From: an uncultured bacterium
GTDB taxonomy: Bacteria > Chloroflexota > UBA5177 > JANWHV01
Direction: 5' to 3'
Assembly (NCBI GenBank): GCA_963827235.1
Contig: CAWHAE010000012.1
Span: 1,472,001-1,536,000 of the forward strand
Length of the DNA: 64,000 nucleotides
A model generated the notes under the pieces. It searched no databases, was not told the DNA's origin, and was given only the letters and a program-made list of their open reading frames with translations. Of the stretch, positions 51,123 to 62,097 are shown in pieces (position 1 is the stretch's first letter; each line of letters opens with the position of its first letter). Made by a program: the position numbers and the translations under genes.

Positions 51123-51923
51123 TTAGCAGTTCATCGGCGCCAGCGGCGCCAAGTCGCTTACCATCTCGCAGTAGCGCAAGTGCCAGGTGACGGTCGTGGT
51201 CGCCGTGCCTTTCTCACTGCTCGGCACGTCGTCTATGGTAATGATCTTGCCGGTAAGCGTGCGAGCACTCTTCGGGTGCTTGTCCGGATGGCCTTGGATG
51301 TCGATGTTAGCGTGCAGCTCAGGCGTGGGATACGTGTTCGTGCTGCCACGATCGTGCGTAGAGTTGCAGGGGTCATCGTCAGTGTCAATGTCCTTCATGC
51401 GGCTCATGCCGCCGAATGAGTCTGTAGCGAACTCTAGCTGGATATTGTATGGGTCGTCGAAGACTGGGTGTGCAAAGTCGTGACCGCGGTCCATGATCTC
51501 GAGCTGAACCGCGGCGTGTCCCGAGTACTTGCCTGTGTCGAGGTCGTCGGTGCCGTCCTTCAGCGTATAGTTGTGCACCACGTTGTGGCATTCATCCTGC
51601 CTCTTCCTGACGGCCAGGTTCCCACTGTGGTCTGAGACGGTCTCGGTCACGGTACCGAGGTATCCATCGTGCGCCTCGCTGTAGAGCGCGTTCACGCTGA
51701 GGTGCATCGTGTGTTGCTCGTCGTGAAAGCTGGTGTACAGGTCGCTCGCGTCACTGGACTTGCCACTGCTGTTCACCTGTTGCACGTAGTCGATGCTGCC
51801 CGTGAGCGAGGTGTAGTACCCCTTCGCGGTCCGAGAGGCCGTGGCAGGCGACGGTGTCAAAGCAAGGGTGACAACCAGAGCTACCGCCATGGGTATGCCG
51901 GTGTGCTGCATGAGATCGCGCAT
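51123..51923 (-). CDS. Hypothetical secreted protein
   Basis: Signal-peptide-like AVALVVTLAL..ATA; acidic beta-rich body; GGAGG upstream. Confidence 0.65.
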   Translation of the reverse strand: MRDLMQHTGIPMAVALVVTLALTPSPATASRTAKGYYTSLTGSIDYVQQVNSSGKSSDASDLYTSFHDEQHTMHLSVNALYSEAHDGYLGTVTETVSDHSGNLAVRKRQDECHNVVHNYTLKDGTDDLDTGKYSGHAAVQLEIMDRGHDFAHPVFDDPYNIQLEFATDSFGGMSRMKDIDTDDDPCNSTHDRGSTNTYPTPELHANIDIQGHPDKHPKSARTLTGKIITIDDVPSSEKGTATTTVTWHLRYCEMVSDLAPLAPMNC

Positions 51924-52350
51924 TCTGCTTCCACCTCCCGGGCTCCGGGGAGACATTGGCCTTCTCTCTTGTTCTTTCCCCGACTCTTCCAGTTCTCTTC
52001 CGAAATCCCAACTTCCATCCTAGCACCCCGCGCAAGGGGACTCCATGGCCACAACATGCCGCTACGCTGCCGGTGGCGGACTGCAACCTTCCGCATCTGC
52101 GCAACCATGAGCCCAGACTTCCGCTCAACTGGTCCGGGCTCTTCCTCTTCGTCCGCTTTCCACGCCATGACATGGCATCTCTGCGAGCACTCAGTGATAC
52201 GATGGGGCTGAACTCCTCGCGAGTTCAGCCTTGAGCGGCTTCTCCCCACTTCGGGCGGTGGGTGTGGGAGCCGTTCGGCTGTTCTGGACTCACGCAACCG
52301 GCCTCTGCAGTTGGCCCGCTCAGTCGAGGATGCGGTCCAGGAACCACCGC

Positions 52351-52537
52351 TACGCCGAGATCATGGCATCCGCCGTGCCGGCTGCCATTCCCATTCTCGT
52401 CGTCTTCGCCGTCTTCCAGAAGCAACTCGTGCAGGGTATAGCCGGCAGCGGCATCAAGGGCTGATGGGCCGGTCATAGTCGCCAGCGCTCCGGTACACTG
52501 AATCAGCAGCCTTTGCCGTACGAGCCGGCAGCGAGAG
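52351..52537 (+). repeat. 187-bp direct repeat, right copy
   Basis: Duplicate of the permease 3' end plus downstream sequence at 47811-47997. Confidence 0.95.
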
Positions 52538-52619
52538 ACGGAGGCGGGGCGGCTATCGTACACATCTCGTCTTCTCCGCGGCACCCGGAAATCGTCGTCG
52601 AGAGAGGAGCGCGAATGGC

Positions 52620-55600
52620 GTGATGGATCGCGCGGAGCTGCTGTGCCCCATCGTCGTCGGTCGCGACGACGAGCAGCGGATCCTTGACGCGGCCCTGGAT
52701 CGATCGGTCGCTGGAACGGCTCACGCGTACTTCCTATCCGGTGAAGCCGGCATCGGCAAGAGCAAGATCTGCCAGTTTCTCATCGAGCAGGCTTTCGCGC
52801 GGGGATTGGCGCCCATCGTCGGCCACGCGTCGAGTCTCGACGCGGCGCTTCCTTATGGTCCGATCGTCGCGGCGCTCGAGATAGCATGCCGCCGGCTGGC
52901 TTCTTTCGATCGATCGGCGCTCGATGCCGTGCTGCGCCCGCATCGCGGCGTGCTGGCGGCGCTGGTTCCGGGATTGGCGGCCGAGCTGGACGTCGCGGCT
53001 GTCCGGGGATCCGATCCCCCTGCCGACGCGACGAGCGAGCGGCGCCGGGTCTTTGAGGCGCTGGAGAGCATGCTGTTCGGCCTGGCGCAGCTGCGCGGAA
53101 CGAGCCACGCGGCGCCCGCGCCGCTGGTACTCGTGCTTGAGGATCTGCAGTGGGCCGACGATACGACGCTCGACTTCATCCGGCACCTGGTGCTGCTGCA
53201 CGGCAGAGGGGGCGTCGCCGGAGACGAACGGGCATCCGGCCTGCTTCTGGTAGGCACCTATCGCGTGGACGACGTGCCGGACGGCGATCCGGGCAGCGGC
53301 TCGACACTACTCAGCCGCGTGGTGGCGGCACTCGTGGGGCAGCGCCTGGCACGCGAGATTCGTCTCAGGCCGCTCGACGCTGCCGCGCATGCCTCGATGC
53401 TCGCCGCCATTCTCGGCCATCCCGTGCCGGTGTCGGCCAGCAACGCCCTGTATCTCCGCAGCGACGGCAATCCCTTTGTTACCGAGGAGCTGCTGGGAGC
53501 GCTCGCGGTCTCGGGCCAGATCGAGGTCGACGCCATCGCGCAGCGCATCGTCGACACGCCGCTGAGCTTGCCCACGTCTCTTCGAGCGGCGGTGCTTGCC
53601 CGGCTAGACGGCCTGAGCGCGGAGGATCGCCGTGTATTGACGATTGCCGCCGTGATAGGCCGCGAGTTCGGCTTCGACATCCTGCAGAAGCTGAGCGGGC
53701 TGCCAGAGCCCGAGCTGCTCGACATCCTCCGCGAGGGCGTGCGCCGCCACATTCTGGTGGAAGACCTGATCTATCCCTCGCCGGCACGGCCCGACGCCGA
53801 GGAACGCTTTCGCTTTCGCCATGCCTTGACGCGCGATGCGATCGACGGCGAGCTGCTGGGACGCGAGCGCCGCTTGCTGCATCGCCAGGTGGCGGAGACG
53901 CTCGAACAGCTTCTCACGCCAGAGGTGAGGACGACCTCGCAGGCGGCGAACCTGGCACAGCACTTCATGCAAGGCGGCGCCGCCGGCCGTGCCCAGCCGT
54001 ACGCCGTGGCTGCCGCCGAGTACGCCCTTCGGGTCGGCGCTCTCGCGGAAGCGGCCGAGCATCTCGACCGCGCCGCACTGGCACTGGACGAGGGCGATCC
54101 GGCCGCCGTCCCGCTGCTGGAGCTTCAGGGCAGAGTGCGCATTGCCTTGCTGGAGATACCCAGGGCAATGCAGCTTCTGGTGCAGGCCAGAGGGGCTGCC
54201 CAGCAGGCCGAGATGCGCTGGCGGGCGGCAGCCATCGGGTCGGAGATTGCATTCCTCACCTGGTTTGCCGATCCGGCGACATCGGACAGGGAGTGGTCGC
54301 AGCTCCTGCGCGAGGCCGAGCGCCGCGCGCGCGCTCCCGAGCCCGAAGACGAGACCGCCCTGCGCTTGTACGCCGCGGCGGCGATGTGCTGCGGGTCCAA
54401 TGACGCGCACACGCAGGCGCTTGCCTGGGCCGAGCGAGCGATCGGCCTGGCAGGGACGATCGGCGCCGGCGCCGAACGGCTGCTCTTCAGGGCTTTCGTA
54501 GGCCGGGGCATGGCGCGGGCGGACATCGGGGCCTTCGAGGAGGGGTTCGCCGATCTGCGGCATGCCATTGAGCTCGGCCAGAAGTACGCCGATCCGCATC
54601 TCGCCCTGGCCTTCAACGTGCTGATCATGGCGCTGCACGAGTGCGGGCGCGACGAACAGGCGATCGAGGTCTTTCACGAGTCCGTCGAATTCGAGCGGCG
54701 CTCAGGGGCGGTCGTGGCGCCGCCGCCCGTCCTCTACGCCTTTCTCGCCCTGGGCAGGTGGGAAGAAGGAATTGCCGTGGCGGAAGCGCAGCTAGCCGGC
54801 TATGGCCGGTTCGGCGTTCCCACCACTCCCCAGGGACTGGCGATGGCCGGACTCGGCCATTTTCTCCTGCGCAAGGGCCGGCACCTCGAGGCGCGCATGC
54901 AGCTCGATGCCGCTCTGGAGCGTGTCAGGCACGTGAGGGATCTGGCCTGGCTGGCCAACACGCTCTGGGGCCTCGCTCTCTGTGCCGAGGCCAGGGGACT
55001 TGCGCCGGAGGCTCGATCATTTTATGTCGAGTGCATTGACCGCTGGGCCACCACGGAAGACCGCGGCACCATCGCCCCCATCCTGCTTGACGCGGTGCTC
55101 TTTGCAGTGCGGACAGGGCACCTGGACGATGCTGCCCAGTGGAGTGAGGCGCTCCTTGCGGTCTCGGCGCAGGGAAACCCGGTGGCGCACGCCGCCTCTT
55201 TGCAGGCGCATGGCAGGCTGAGCCTGGCTCGCGGAGGAGTGGCCGAGGCCGCGGAGCATCTGCGCCGGGCAGTGCAGGCATGGGAACGAGATCGGCCGCC
55301 CCTACGACACGGCACGCGCGCGCCTGCACCTCGCCGAGGCGCTGCTGCACGGCAACGCGGATGCCTCGAGGCGCCGCGAGGCTGACGAGCTGCTTCGCGC
55401 GGCCGGACAGACGTTCGGCGATCTCGGGGCAGCGGCGGATAGCGCGGCGACCGACGACATGCGCAGGCGAGCCGGGCTGCTTGGCCGCGAGAAGCGGCGC
55501 CATACCATTGCATCCGCCAAGGCGGTGGCCGCCGGCTTGACGCCGCGGGAGCTTGACGTGTTGCGCTGCCTGGTAGACGGGAAGACCAACCGGGAGATCT

Positions 55601-55737
55601 CGGCGCTGCTGTTCATCGCCGAGAGCACGGCCGAGCTGCACGTCAGCCGAGTGCTCGGCAAGCTGAACTGCTCGACCCGCGCCCAGGCCGCGGCGCTCGC
55701 CGTCTCCTTGGGCCTGGCCAGTCCCACGACCTCGTAG
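52620..55737 (+). CDS. LuxR-family STAND (AAA ATPase-TPR-HTH) regulator (+1 frameshift near 55287)
   Basis: VGRD, GEAGIGKS, LEDLQWAD, GNPF, FRHAL; EIGRPYDTARARL..GLTPRELDVL..GKTNREI in the shifted frame. Confidence 0.92.
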
Positions 55738-55796
55738 CCGCGGGCCGAGCCCCGGCCGCCGCAATGTCCCGGGGCCGGCCGGTGCCGCTCTGTGCA

Positions 55797-55845
55797 TGCC
55801 GTATATATGTCCGGGCGCGCACGGTGCTCCGGTATATATACGGCA
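55797..55845. promoter_or_regulatory. 12-bp inverted repeat between the LuxR-STAND and ECF genes
   Basis: TGCCGTATATAT-N25-ATATATACGGCA. Confidence 0.6.
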
Positions 55846-55954
55846 CCCGTCGGTCGGGTGGTCACAAATACCGGTTCCCCAGGTCGTGGCACAGCGCCGC
55901 ACTGCCTAGACTGGTCCGCAGAGGTCACCGAGGAGCTTGGGGAGCCGAAGCGGA

Positions 55955-56575
55955 ATGAGCACGCGCACAACGACGGCCGGGGTCGTGCAGGCAGGCAGCT
56001 CTGCACAGGTGGACACCATCAGCGACGAGGAGCTGGTCGAACGGCTGCTCGAACGGGATACCGAGGCGTTCGGCATGCTGTACGATCGGTACGCGCACGC
56101 GGCATACTGCCTGGCCTGCCGCATGCTGGGCAATACGCACCAGGCCGAGGACCTGGTACAGGACGTCTTTCTGGCCCTATGGCGCTTGCCGGAGCGCTTC
56201 AAAGCGGATCGCGGCAGCGCACGCACGTACATACTCTCCATGACGCACCACCGGGCCATCGACCTGCAGCGATCGCGGAGCCGCCATGCGATCGATGCCG
56301 ACGTCGAGCAGATCGCCCTGGTGCCTGCCGGCACCGACGTGGAGCACAGCACGCTCAGGTCGCTCGAGGCAGAGGTGTTGCGGGCGGCCTTGCGCCTGCT
56401 GCCCGAGAGCCAGCGCCGGGTGGTCGAGCTCGCGTTCATCGGCGGGTACTCGTACCCGGAGATCACACGGATCCTGGGCGTTCCGCTCGGCACGGTCAAG
56501 AGCAGGCTCCGGCTGGCCATGGATCGCCTGCGCAGGGCCCCGGAGATCGCCGGCCTGGCGCCGGCGATGCCGTAG
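55955..56575 (+). CDS. ECF sigma factor (SigK-like)
   Basis: SDEELV, AEDLVQDVFL, GYSYPEI..LGVPLGTVKSRLR. Confidence 0.93.
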   Translation: MSTRTTTAGVVQAGSSAQVDTISDEELVERLLERDTEAFGMLYDRYAHAAYCLACRMLGNTHQAEDLVQDVFLALWRLPERFKADRGSARTYILSMTHHRAIDLQRSRSRHAIDADVEQIALVPAGTDVEHSTLRSLEAEVLRAALRLLPESQRRVVELAFIGGYSYPEITRILGVPLGTVKSRLRLAMDRLRRAPEIAGLAPAMP

Positions 56576-56691
56576 CAGGAGGCACAAGCAACCGGCCCCA
56601 GGGGCGCCGGCGGGCGAGAGACCCAACAGGGCCAAGATACCCGCGGCCCCGGGTTGGGGGCCACATCCGCAGATCCCGGCGTGGCTTGCCT

Positions 56692-57402
56692 CTAGCGATC
56701 GCCGAGCAACCGGCGCTGGCGCGCGATGGTCACGGCCTGCGTGCGATTGCCGGCACCCAGCTTGTCCATGATCAGGCTGATGTGATTCTTCACCGTGCCT
56801 TCCGCGATGTGCAGGCGGCGGGCAATCTGCAGGTTACTGGCTCCTTCCGCCACCAGCTGCAACACCTGCCGCTCGCGCTCGGTGAGCATCTCCACGTCGA
56901 CCGATGCGGGGGTCGGCATCCAGGCGTCGGAGGGCATCGCGGCGGGTCCCGCCGTATCGGGGGACCCCTGAAACGCGGCCAGCAGCTTGGCGGCCACTGC
57001 CGGCTGCAAGAGGGACTCGCCGCGCCGTGCCAGGTGAATGGCCCGGATCATGTCGTCGGCAGGATCATCTTTGAGCAGATAGCCCATGGCGCCGGCGCGA
57101 AGCGCTTGCAGCACCAGGCTGTCGTGATCGTAGGTGGTGAGAACGACGACGCGTGTCTCCGGGCGGATGGCGAGAATGCGGCGCGTTGCCTCTACCCCGT
57201 CCATGACGGGCATCTTGAGATCCATCAGCACGACGTCCGGCGCCAGCGTCTGCACGCAGTCGACCGCGACCTGGCCGTTCCCTGCTTCGCCCACGACCTC
57301 GATATCTGCTTCAAGATCGAGGATCGTACGCAGCCCTTCGCGGAGAATCCGCTGATCCTCGACCAGGAGCACGCGTACGGCCGGCGTTTCCTCGAGCCCC
57401 AT
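56692..57402 (-). CDS. NarL/LuxR family response regulator
   Basis: PDVVLMDLKMP, LTTY, GYLLK, LTERERQVL..TVKNH. Confidence 0.95.
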   Translation of the reverse strand: MGLEETPAVRVLLVEDQRILREGLRTILDLEADIEVVGEAGNGQVAVDCVQTLAPDVVLMDLKMPVMDGVEATRRILAIRPETRVVVLTTYDHDSLVLQALRAGAMGYLLKDDPADDMIRAIHLARRGESLLQPAVAAKLLAAFQGSPDTAGPAAMPSDAWMPTPASVDVEMLTERERQVLQLVAEGASNLQIARRLHIAEGTVKNHISLIMDKLGAGNRTQAVTIARQRRLLGDR

Positions 57403-57405
57403 TCC

Positions 57406-58860
57406 TCACTCCTTCGACTCAATGCGGCTCGGCTCGAGGTTCTCGTCGACGCGGTCCGGCGACGCCGCACCTTCCAGGCCGCGGGGATCGGATCCGGCCG
57501 CGTCCGTAGCGAGCTGCCCCGTGGCACTGAGCTGGAGCCGCGGATCGCGGCCGGCTGCCCGCTGCAGGGCATCCGCCACCGGGATGCTGGCAACAACGCG
57601 CGTGCCCTCGCCGCGCCGGCTGCTGAAGATCAGCCGGCCGCCAAGGTGCTCCACGCGCTCGCGCATGCCGCGCAAGCCGAAGCCCGACGACGATCCCGAC
57701 GGCCCGGCGCCCACGCCATCGTCCTCGATGGTCAGCACGACATGGCCATCCGTCACGACCAGGGTAATGGTCACTCGCGACGCGTACGCGTGGCGTGCCA
57801 CGTTGGTCAGCGACTCCTGCATGACGCGAAACAGGCACATCTCCAGGGCCGGGCTGTGCGCGTCGGGGAGCGGCGCAAACCGATGCGTGACGCACAGTCC
57901 ATTTTCCACCGCGAAGCCTTCCACGAACTGCGCCACGGCCTCGTGCCAGATGCCGGCCGCCGCGGCGGCATCGCGCAGACCGGCCACGGAGCGCCGCACC
58001 TCCGCCAGGCCGTCCCGAGACAGCTCCTGCAGGCGGTCGAGCTCATCGCGCGCGCGGGCCGGATCGGAGGCTATCAGCCGCTTCGCCGCCTCTGCCTTGA
58101 CCACCACGGTAGCCAGGGTGTAGCCGAGAATGTCGTGCAGATCGCGGGCCAGGCGATTGCGCTCGTTCGCCACGGCGAGCTGCTCGACCGAGCCGGCATA
58201 GACCTGGAGCTGGTAGTTGGCCTCCTCCAGCGACGCCTTGGACTGCTCGAGCTGGCTGAGCAGCGTCAGGCGGGCGCAATGCTCCAGCTCCTGCACTCGC
58301 TGCAGCCAGGCGCCGGTAGCGGAGGCGGCCAGCCCGGCGTCGAGCGGCAGGAACTCCAGAGATACCTCGAGCCAGTGGCGGCTCGGCACCGTGAGCAAAA
58401 CCGAGACCGCGACCAGCAGGATGCAGAACACGCACAGCGAGGCCAGCGAGCGAGCGGTCTGCACGTGCCTGCCCTCGGCCAGGACCACGAAGTACATGAT
58501 GTTGAACCAGAGACTCTGATCCTGCGTGGCCGGTGCCGCTACGAGCACCATGCTGAAGACGAGCAGCGCGCTGCAGATCGCGTAGACCCTGGGCTCCAGG
58601 AGAAACCCCCCGCCCTGGTTCCTGCGTGGGCCGTATTGCCAGAAGGCGAGCAGACCGTAGGCGGCGATCACGAGGGCCAGCAAGGGCAGGCCGGGCCACG
58701 CGTATTTACGCTGCACCGCGAACATGACGCCGAAGGTGATGGTACCGAGCGTGATCCAGCGCGTCAGCATGTGCCGTCGCCACAACTGGGAGCTGAACGG
58801 CAGCGGCGATGCGTCGACGGTCTCCGGCTGCGGTCTAGGGAGCAACGCCTGGAGCCTCAT
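57406..58860 (-). CDS. HisKA_3 membrane sensor histidine kinase
   Basis: ERNRLARDLHDILG, QESLTNVARHA, DDGVG, GFGLRGMRER. Confidence 0.94.
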   Translation of the reverse strand: MRLQALLPRPQPETVDASPLPFSSQLWRRHMLTRWITLGTITFGVMFAVQRKYAWPGLPLLALVIAAYGLLAFWQYGPRRNQGGGFLLEPRVYAICSALLVFSMVLVAAPATQDQSLWFNIMYFVVLAEGRHVQTARSLASLCVFCILLVAVSVLLTVPSRHWLEVSLEFLPLDAGLAASATGAWLQRVQELEHCARLTLLSQLEQSKASLEEANYQLQVYAGSVEQLAVANERNRLARDLHDILGYTLATVVVKAEAAKRLIASDPARARDELDRLQELSRDGLAEVRRSVAGLRDAAAAAGIWHEAVAQFVEGFAVENGLCVTHRFAPLPDAHSPALEMCLFRVMQESLTNVARHAYASRVTITLVVTDGHVVLTIEDDGVGAGPSGSSSGFGLRGMRERVEHLGGRLIFSSRRGEGTRVVASIPVADALQRAAGRDPRLQLSATGQLATDAAGSDPRGLEGAASPDRVDENLEPSRIESKE

Positions 58861-58899
58861 ATGCGAATTGTAGCATCGGATCCCGGACCGTTTGTTCCA

Positions 58900-59400
58900 T
58901 CACGGCGAGGGGATCATCCGTTCGCCGCCGCCAAAGCCGCCCGTACCACCGGCGCTACCGGAGGGCCGCGTGCCGCCGACGCCCGGTTGCTCCGATCCGC
59001 CGGAGCTGCCCGATGCTCCGCCGGGTTGGCTCGATCCGCCGTCGGCGCCCGGAGCACCGCCCATGCCGCCTTGCCGGCCGGGGCCGCTCAGCGCCGCCAC
59101 GGCCGGAGCCAGCATTACCAGGTAGTAGGGGTGGAAGAAGCCGGCCACGCTGAAGAACGCCGTCTGCGTGAGCAGCCAAACACCCCACACGACCAGGCTC
59201 TGTTGCCGGACGTCGAGCGCCAGCCTGATATGCCGTCGATCGAAGCGATTGCGCCAGCCACTCTGCAGTGAGGTAACCAGGAGACCGATGAAGGCGAGGG
59301 GCAGGAGCCATCCGATCTGGCCGCCGAGCGACTCATCCAGCAGGCTTTCATGCTTGGCGAGAAGCTCTCCCGGGCAGCACCGGCCGGAAAAGCTTCTCGC
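58900..59400 (-). pseudogene. Remnant of a GT39/ArnT-PMT family glycosyltransferase
   Basis: LGGQIGWLLPLA..WGVWLL..FFSVAGFFHPYYLVMLAPAVAAL plus Gly-rich tail; most of the gene is missing. Confidence 0.75.
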
Positions 59401-59423
59401 ACTTACCACGTTACGAACCCAGG

Positions 59424-59578
59424 CTGAGTAGCCGGTAAGTACCGGCTCAGCCGCGGCTAAGAGCAGTGAGAGAAAAGGCTAAGGGAAGAGTCCCGGCGGC
59501 AGTCTCCGGGCAATCTCTCTCAGGAAGCTCTTAGGCTCGTCTTGGGTTTCTCTTACTGGTTGCTCAGGGTGGTCTTAG
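59424..59578. promoter_or_regulatory. Two oppositely oriented arrays of TCT(C/T)AG-like hexamers with 11-bp period (MprA/OmpR-type boxes)
   Basis: Forward at 59518, 59529, 59540, 59551, 59562, 59573; reverse at 59424, 59435, 59446, 59457, 59479. Confidence 0.8.
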
Positions 59579-59638
59579 CATGGACACCTAGCATGAAAGC
59601 TACGAGTGAACTGCCACCAGATGAGAGGATTCACCATC

Positions 59639-60130
59639 ATGTACCGGTACCACGGCCCAGAGAGAGCCAAGCCGGGCGCCAGCGCCGACAGCGCGCTGTT
59701 CAGCTCGCGCAAGCGGCTCGGGCGCTTTGCTATAACGGGTGGGCTTGCCGGGGCGCTGCAGCTTCTGCTGCTCAAGGTGATGCTCGACACGGGTGTACCC
59801 GCGCTTCTCGCGAATGCCTCCGCGTTCCTGCTCGCCGCCCAATTCAACTTCCTGATGAGCACGCTGTATACGTGGCGCGATCGCACGTGTGATCGGACGC
59901 TAGGCAGGCGCTGGATCGCCTTCCACGGATCCATCGCCGGCATGGCAGTGCTCAACCTGCTCGTATTTAGCGCCACGCGCCAAGTACTGCCCGATCTCGC
60001 GGCATCAGCGGCCGGTATTGCCGCCGGCGCGTGCGGAAACTTCCTGCTGGGAGACCGTCTCGTCTTCCGGACGGCGGCTATCAAGGTCTCGCAACGGCAG
60101 GAGAGCATGCGGCAGCTGCCCGCGGCGTAG
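59639..60130 (+). CDS. GtrA family flippase-like protein
   Basis: RFAITGG, AN..AF....FNF..S..YTWRDR, NFLLGDRLVFR. Confidence 0.85.
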   Translation: MYRYHGPERAKPGASADSALFSSRKRLGRFAITGGLAGALQLLLLKVMLDTGVPALLANASAFLLAAQFNFLMSTLYTWRDRTCDRTLGRRWIAFHGSIAGMAVLNLLVFSATRQVLPDLAASAAGIAAGACGNFLLGDRLVFRTAAIKVSQRQESMRQLPAA

Positions 60131-60232
60131 GCCGGGATCAACGCGCGAACGAGGATTCACCTGTAGTTGGAAGCGGATGTGTAGGTGTATGGCAACCAGG
60201 ACGGTGTCCGTGGTCGAAAGAAAGGGACGGCA

Positions 60233-61225
60233 ATGGTCGCGGAACGACGGAACTCTTTACTGGACATAGCCCCGGAGCGCATCGTGATCTCCGTGGTAGC
60301 CCCAGTCTACAACGAGGAAGAGACTCTTCCCCATTTCTACCAGCGCGTGATCGCCACCATGGAAAGCCTCGGCGAGCCATTCGAGCTGGTGCTGGTCAAC
60401 GACGGCAGCGCCGACAACTCCCAGGAAGTGCTGAGAACGCTGCACCGGAGGGACTCGCGCGTGCGCGTGATCAACTTCTCGCGCAACTTCGGCCACCAAG
60501 CGGCAATCTCCGCGGGACTCGAGCACGCCCGCGGCCAGGCGGTGGTACTGATGGACTCAGATCTGCAGGACCCGCCGGAGGTGATTGCCGAGCTGGTCGC
60601 GCGCTGGCGGGGCGGCGCCGAGGTGGTGTATGCCCAGCGCACCAAGCGCGCGGGCGAGACGCCCTTCAAGCTGCTGACCGCTTCCCTCTTCTACCGGCTC
60701 ATTGGACGCATCACGGCGGTCAGTATCCCGCGCGATACGGGCGATTTTCGCTTGCTGGACCGGGCGGTCGTCGACCAGCTTGTCGCCCTGCACGAGCACC
60801 ACCCTTTCATGCGCGGCCTGTCCGCCTGGGTGGGTTTCAAGCAGGAGGCCGTGCCCTACGAGCGGGCCGAGCGCTTTGCCGGCACGACGAAGTATCCGCT
60901 GCGCAAGATGGTCCGCTTCTCTCTCGACGCGATCACGGGCTTCAGCTTCGCGCCGCTGCAGCTTGCCACCACACTCGGCTTCGCCCTTGCCGGCATGAGC
61001 CTGCTCTCTATCGTGGTGGCTGCCGTGCTCCGCCTGACGACCGGGGCGATCGTGGGTCAGGCCAGCACGCTGATTCTGGTACTCTTTTTGGGCGGAGTAC
61101 AGCTCATCTTTCTCGGCGTGATCGGCGAATACCTGGGGCGGATCTACGACGAGGTCCGCGGCCGGCCGCTCTACATCGTACGCGACGTATGGGAGAAGCG
61201 CACGCCGGAGAATGCCGCCTCGTAG
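60233..61225 (+). CDS. GT2 polyprenol-phosphate glycosyltransferase (GtrB/YkoT-like)
   Basis: [44 protein letters not shown]. Confidence 0.95.
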   Translation: MVAERRNSLLDIAPERIVISVVAPVYNEEETLPHFYQRVIATMESLGEPFELVLVNDGSADNSQEVLRTLHRRDSRVRVINFSRNFGHQAAISAGLEHARGQAVVLMDSDLQDPPEVIAELVARWRGGAEVVYAQRTKRAGETPFKLLTASLFYRLIGRITAVSIPRDTGDFRLLDRAVVDQLVALHEHHPFMRGLSAWVGFKQEAVPYERAERFAGTTKYPLRKMVRFSLDAITGFSFAPLQLATTLGFALAGMSLLSIVVAAVLRLTTGAIVGQASTLILVLFLGGVQLIFLGVIGEYLGRIYDEVRGRPLYIVRDVWEKRTPENAAS

Positions 61226-61349
61226 GTGGATTGCTTGGAGGCGGGGAAGCTGTACGCTGTACAGGGGGATGCCCGGAAGGCAGGTTTGGACCAGGAACGT
61301 CGCCGGTTGCCCGCTTGAACCTCACGTGGCCCTCCAGGAGAGGTCTAGG

Positions 61350-62021
61350 ATGCCGACAATACTGATCGCGGACGACGACCACAAGATCACCGATATGCTG
61401 CGCCGCACGCTGACGTACGAAGGGTACAGCGTGGTCACGGCCGCGGATGGGCAGGAAGCACTGGATCAGGCGCAGGCGCATCGCCCGGACCTGGTCGTGC
61501 TGGATTGGATGATGCCCAAGCTCGACGGCATTGAGGTAGCCCGCCGCCTGCGGGCCGTCGACACGACGCCGATCCTGATGCTGACCGCGCGCGATGCGAT
61601 CGAGGACCGCGTGGAAGGGCTGGATCGCGGTGCCGATGATTATCTGGTCAAGCCCTTTGCCCCGGCGGAGCTTCTGGCCAGGATCCGCTCGCTGCTGCGG
61701 CGGCTGGCGCCCGAGGGGGAAAAGGCGCTCCGCTATCTGGACCTGGTGCTGGACCCCGCTTCGCGCGAGACGCGCCGGGGGGAGCGTGTGTTCTCGCTCA
61801 GTCCCAAGGAATTCGATCTGCTTTCCTTCCTGATGCGCCACCCCCGGCAGGTGCTCACGCGTGACAGCATCCTGCAGGAAGTCTGGGGCTACGATTTCGG
61901 CGGTGAAGACGCCGTGCTCGACGTCTACATCGGCTACCTGCGGTCGAAGACGGAGGCAGCCGGGGAGCAGCGTCTGATCCAGACCGTGCGCGGTGTCGGC
62001 TACGTATTGCGTGAAGGGTAG
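61350..62021 (+). CDS. OmpR family response regulator (MprA-like)
   Basis: LDWMMP, LTARD, GADDYLVKPF, VYIGYLRSK, IQTVRGVGY. Confidence 0.96.
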   Translation: MPTILIADDDHKITDMLRRTLTYEGYSVVTAADGQEALDQAQAHRPDLVVLDWMMPKLDGIEVARRLRAVDTTPILMLTARDAIEDRVEGLDRGADDYLVKPFAPAELLARIRSLLRRLAPEGEKALRYLDLVLDPASRETRRGERVFSLSPKEFDLLSFLMRHPRQVLTRDSILQEVWGYDFGGEDAVLDVYIGYLRSKTEAAGEQRLIQTVRGVGYVLREG

Positions 62022-62097
62022 CGGGCCGGCGCGTGAATTGCGGGCCGTCGCTGCAGCAGCCGTGCGTGCGAGCGCACTGAGTAGGTAAGGTGTCCCG

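Noticed and set aside
55792-59271. 1159-aa plus-strand ORF
   Set aside because: Shadow frame over the ECF gene and antisense to clear RR/HK genes; a high-GC artefact
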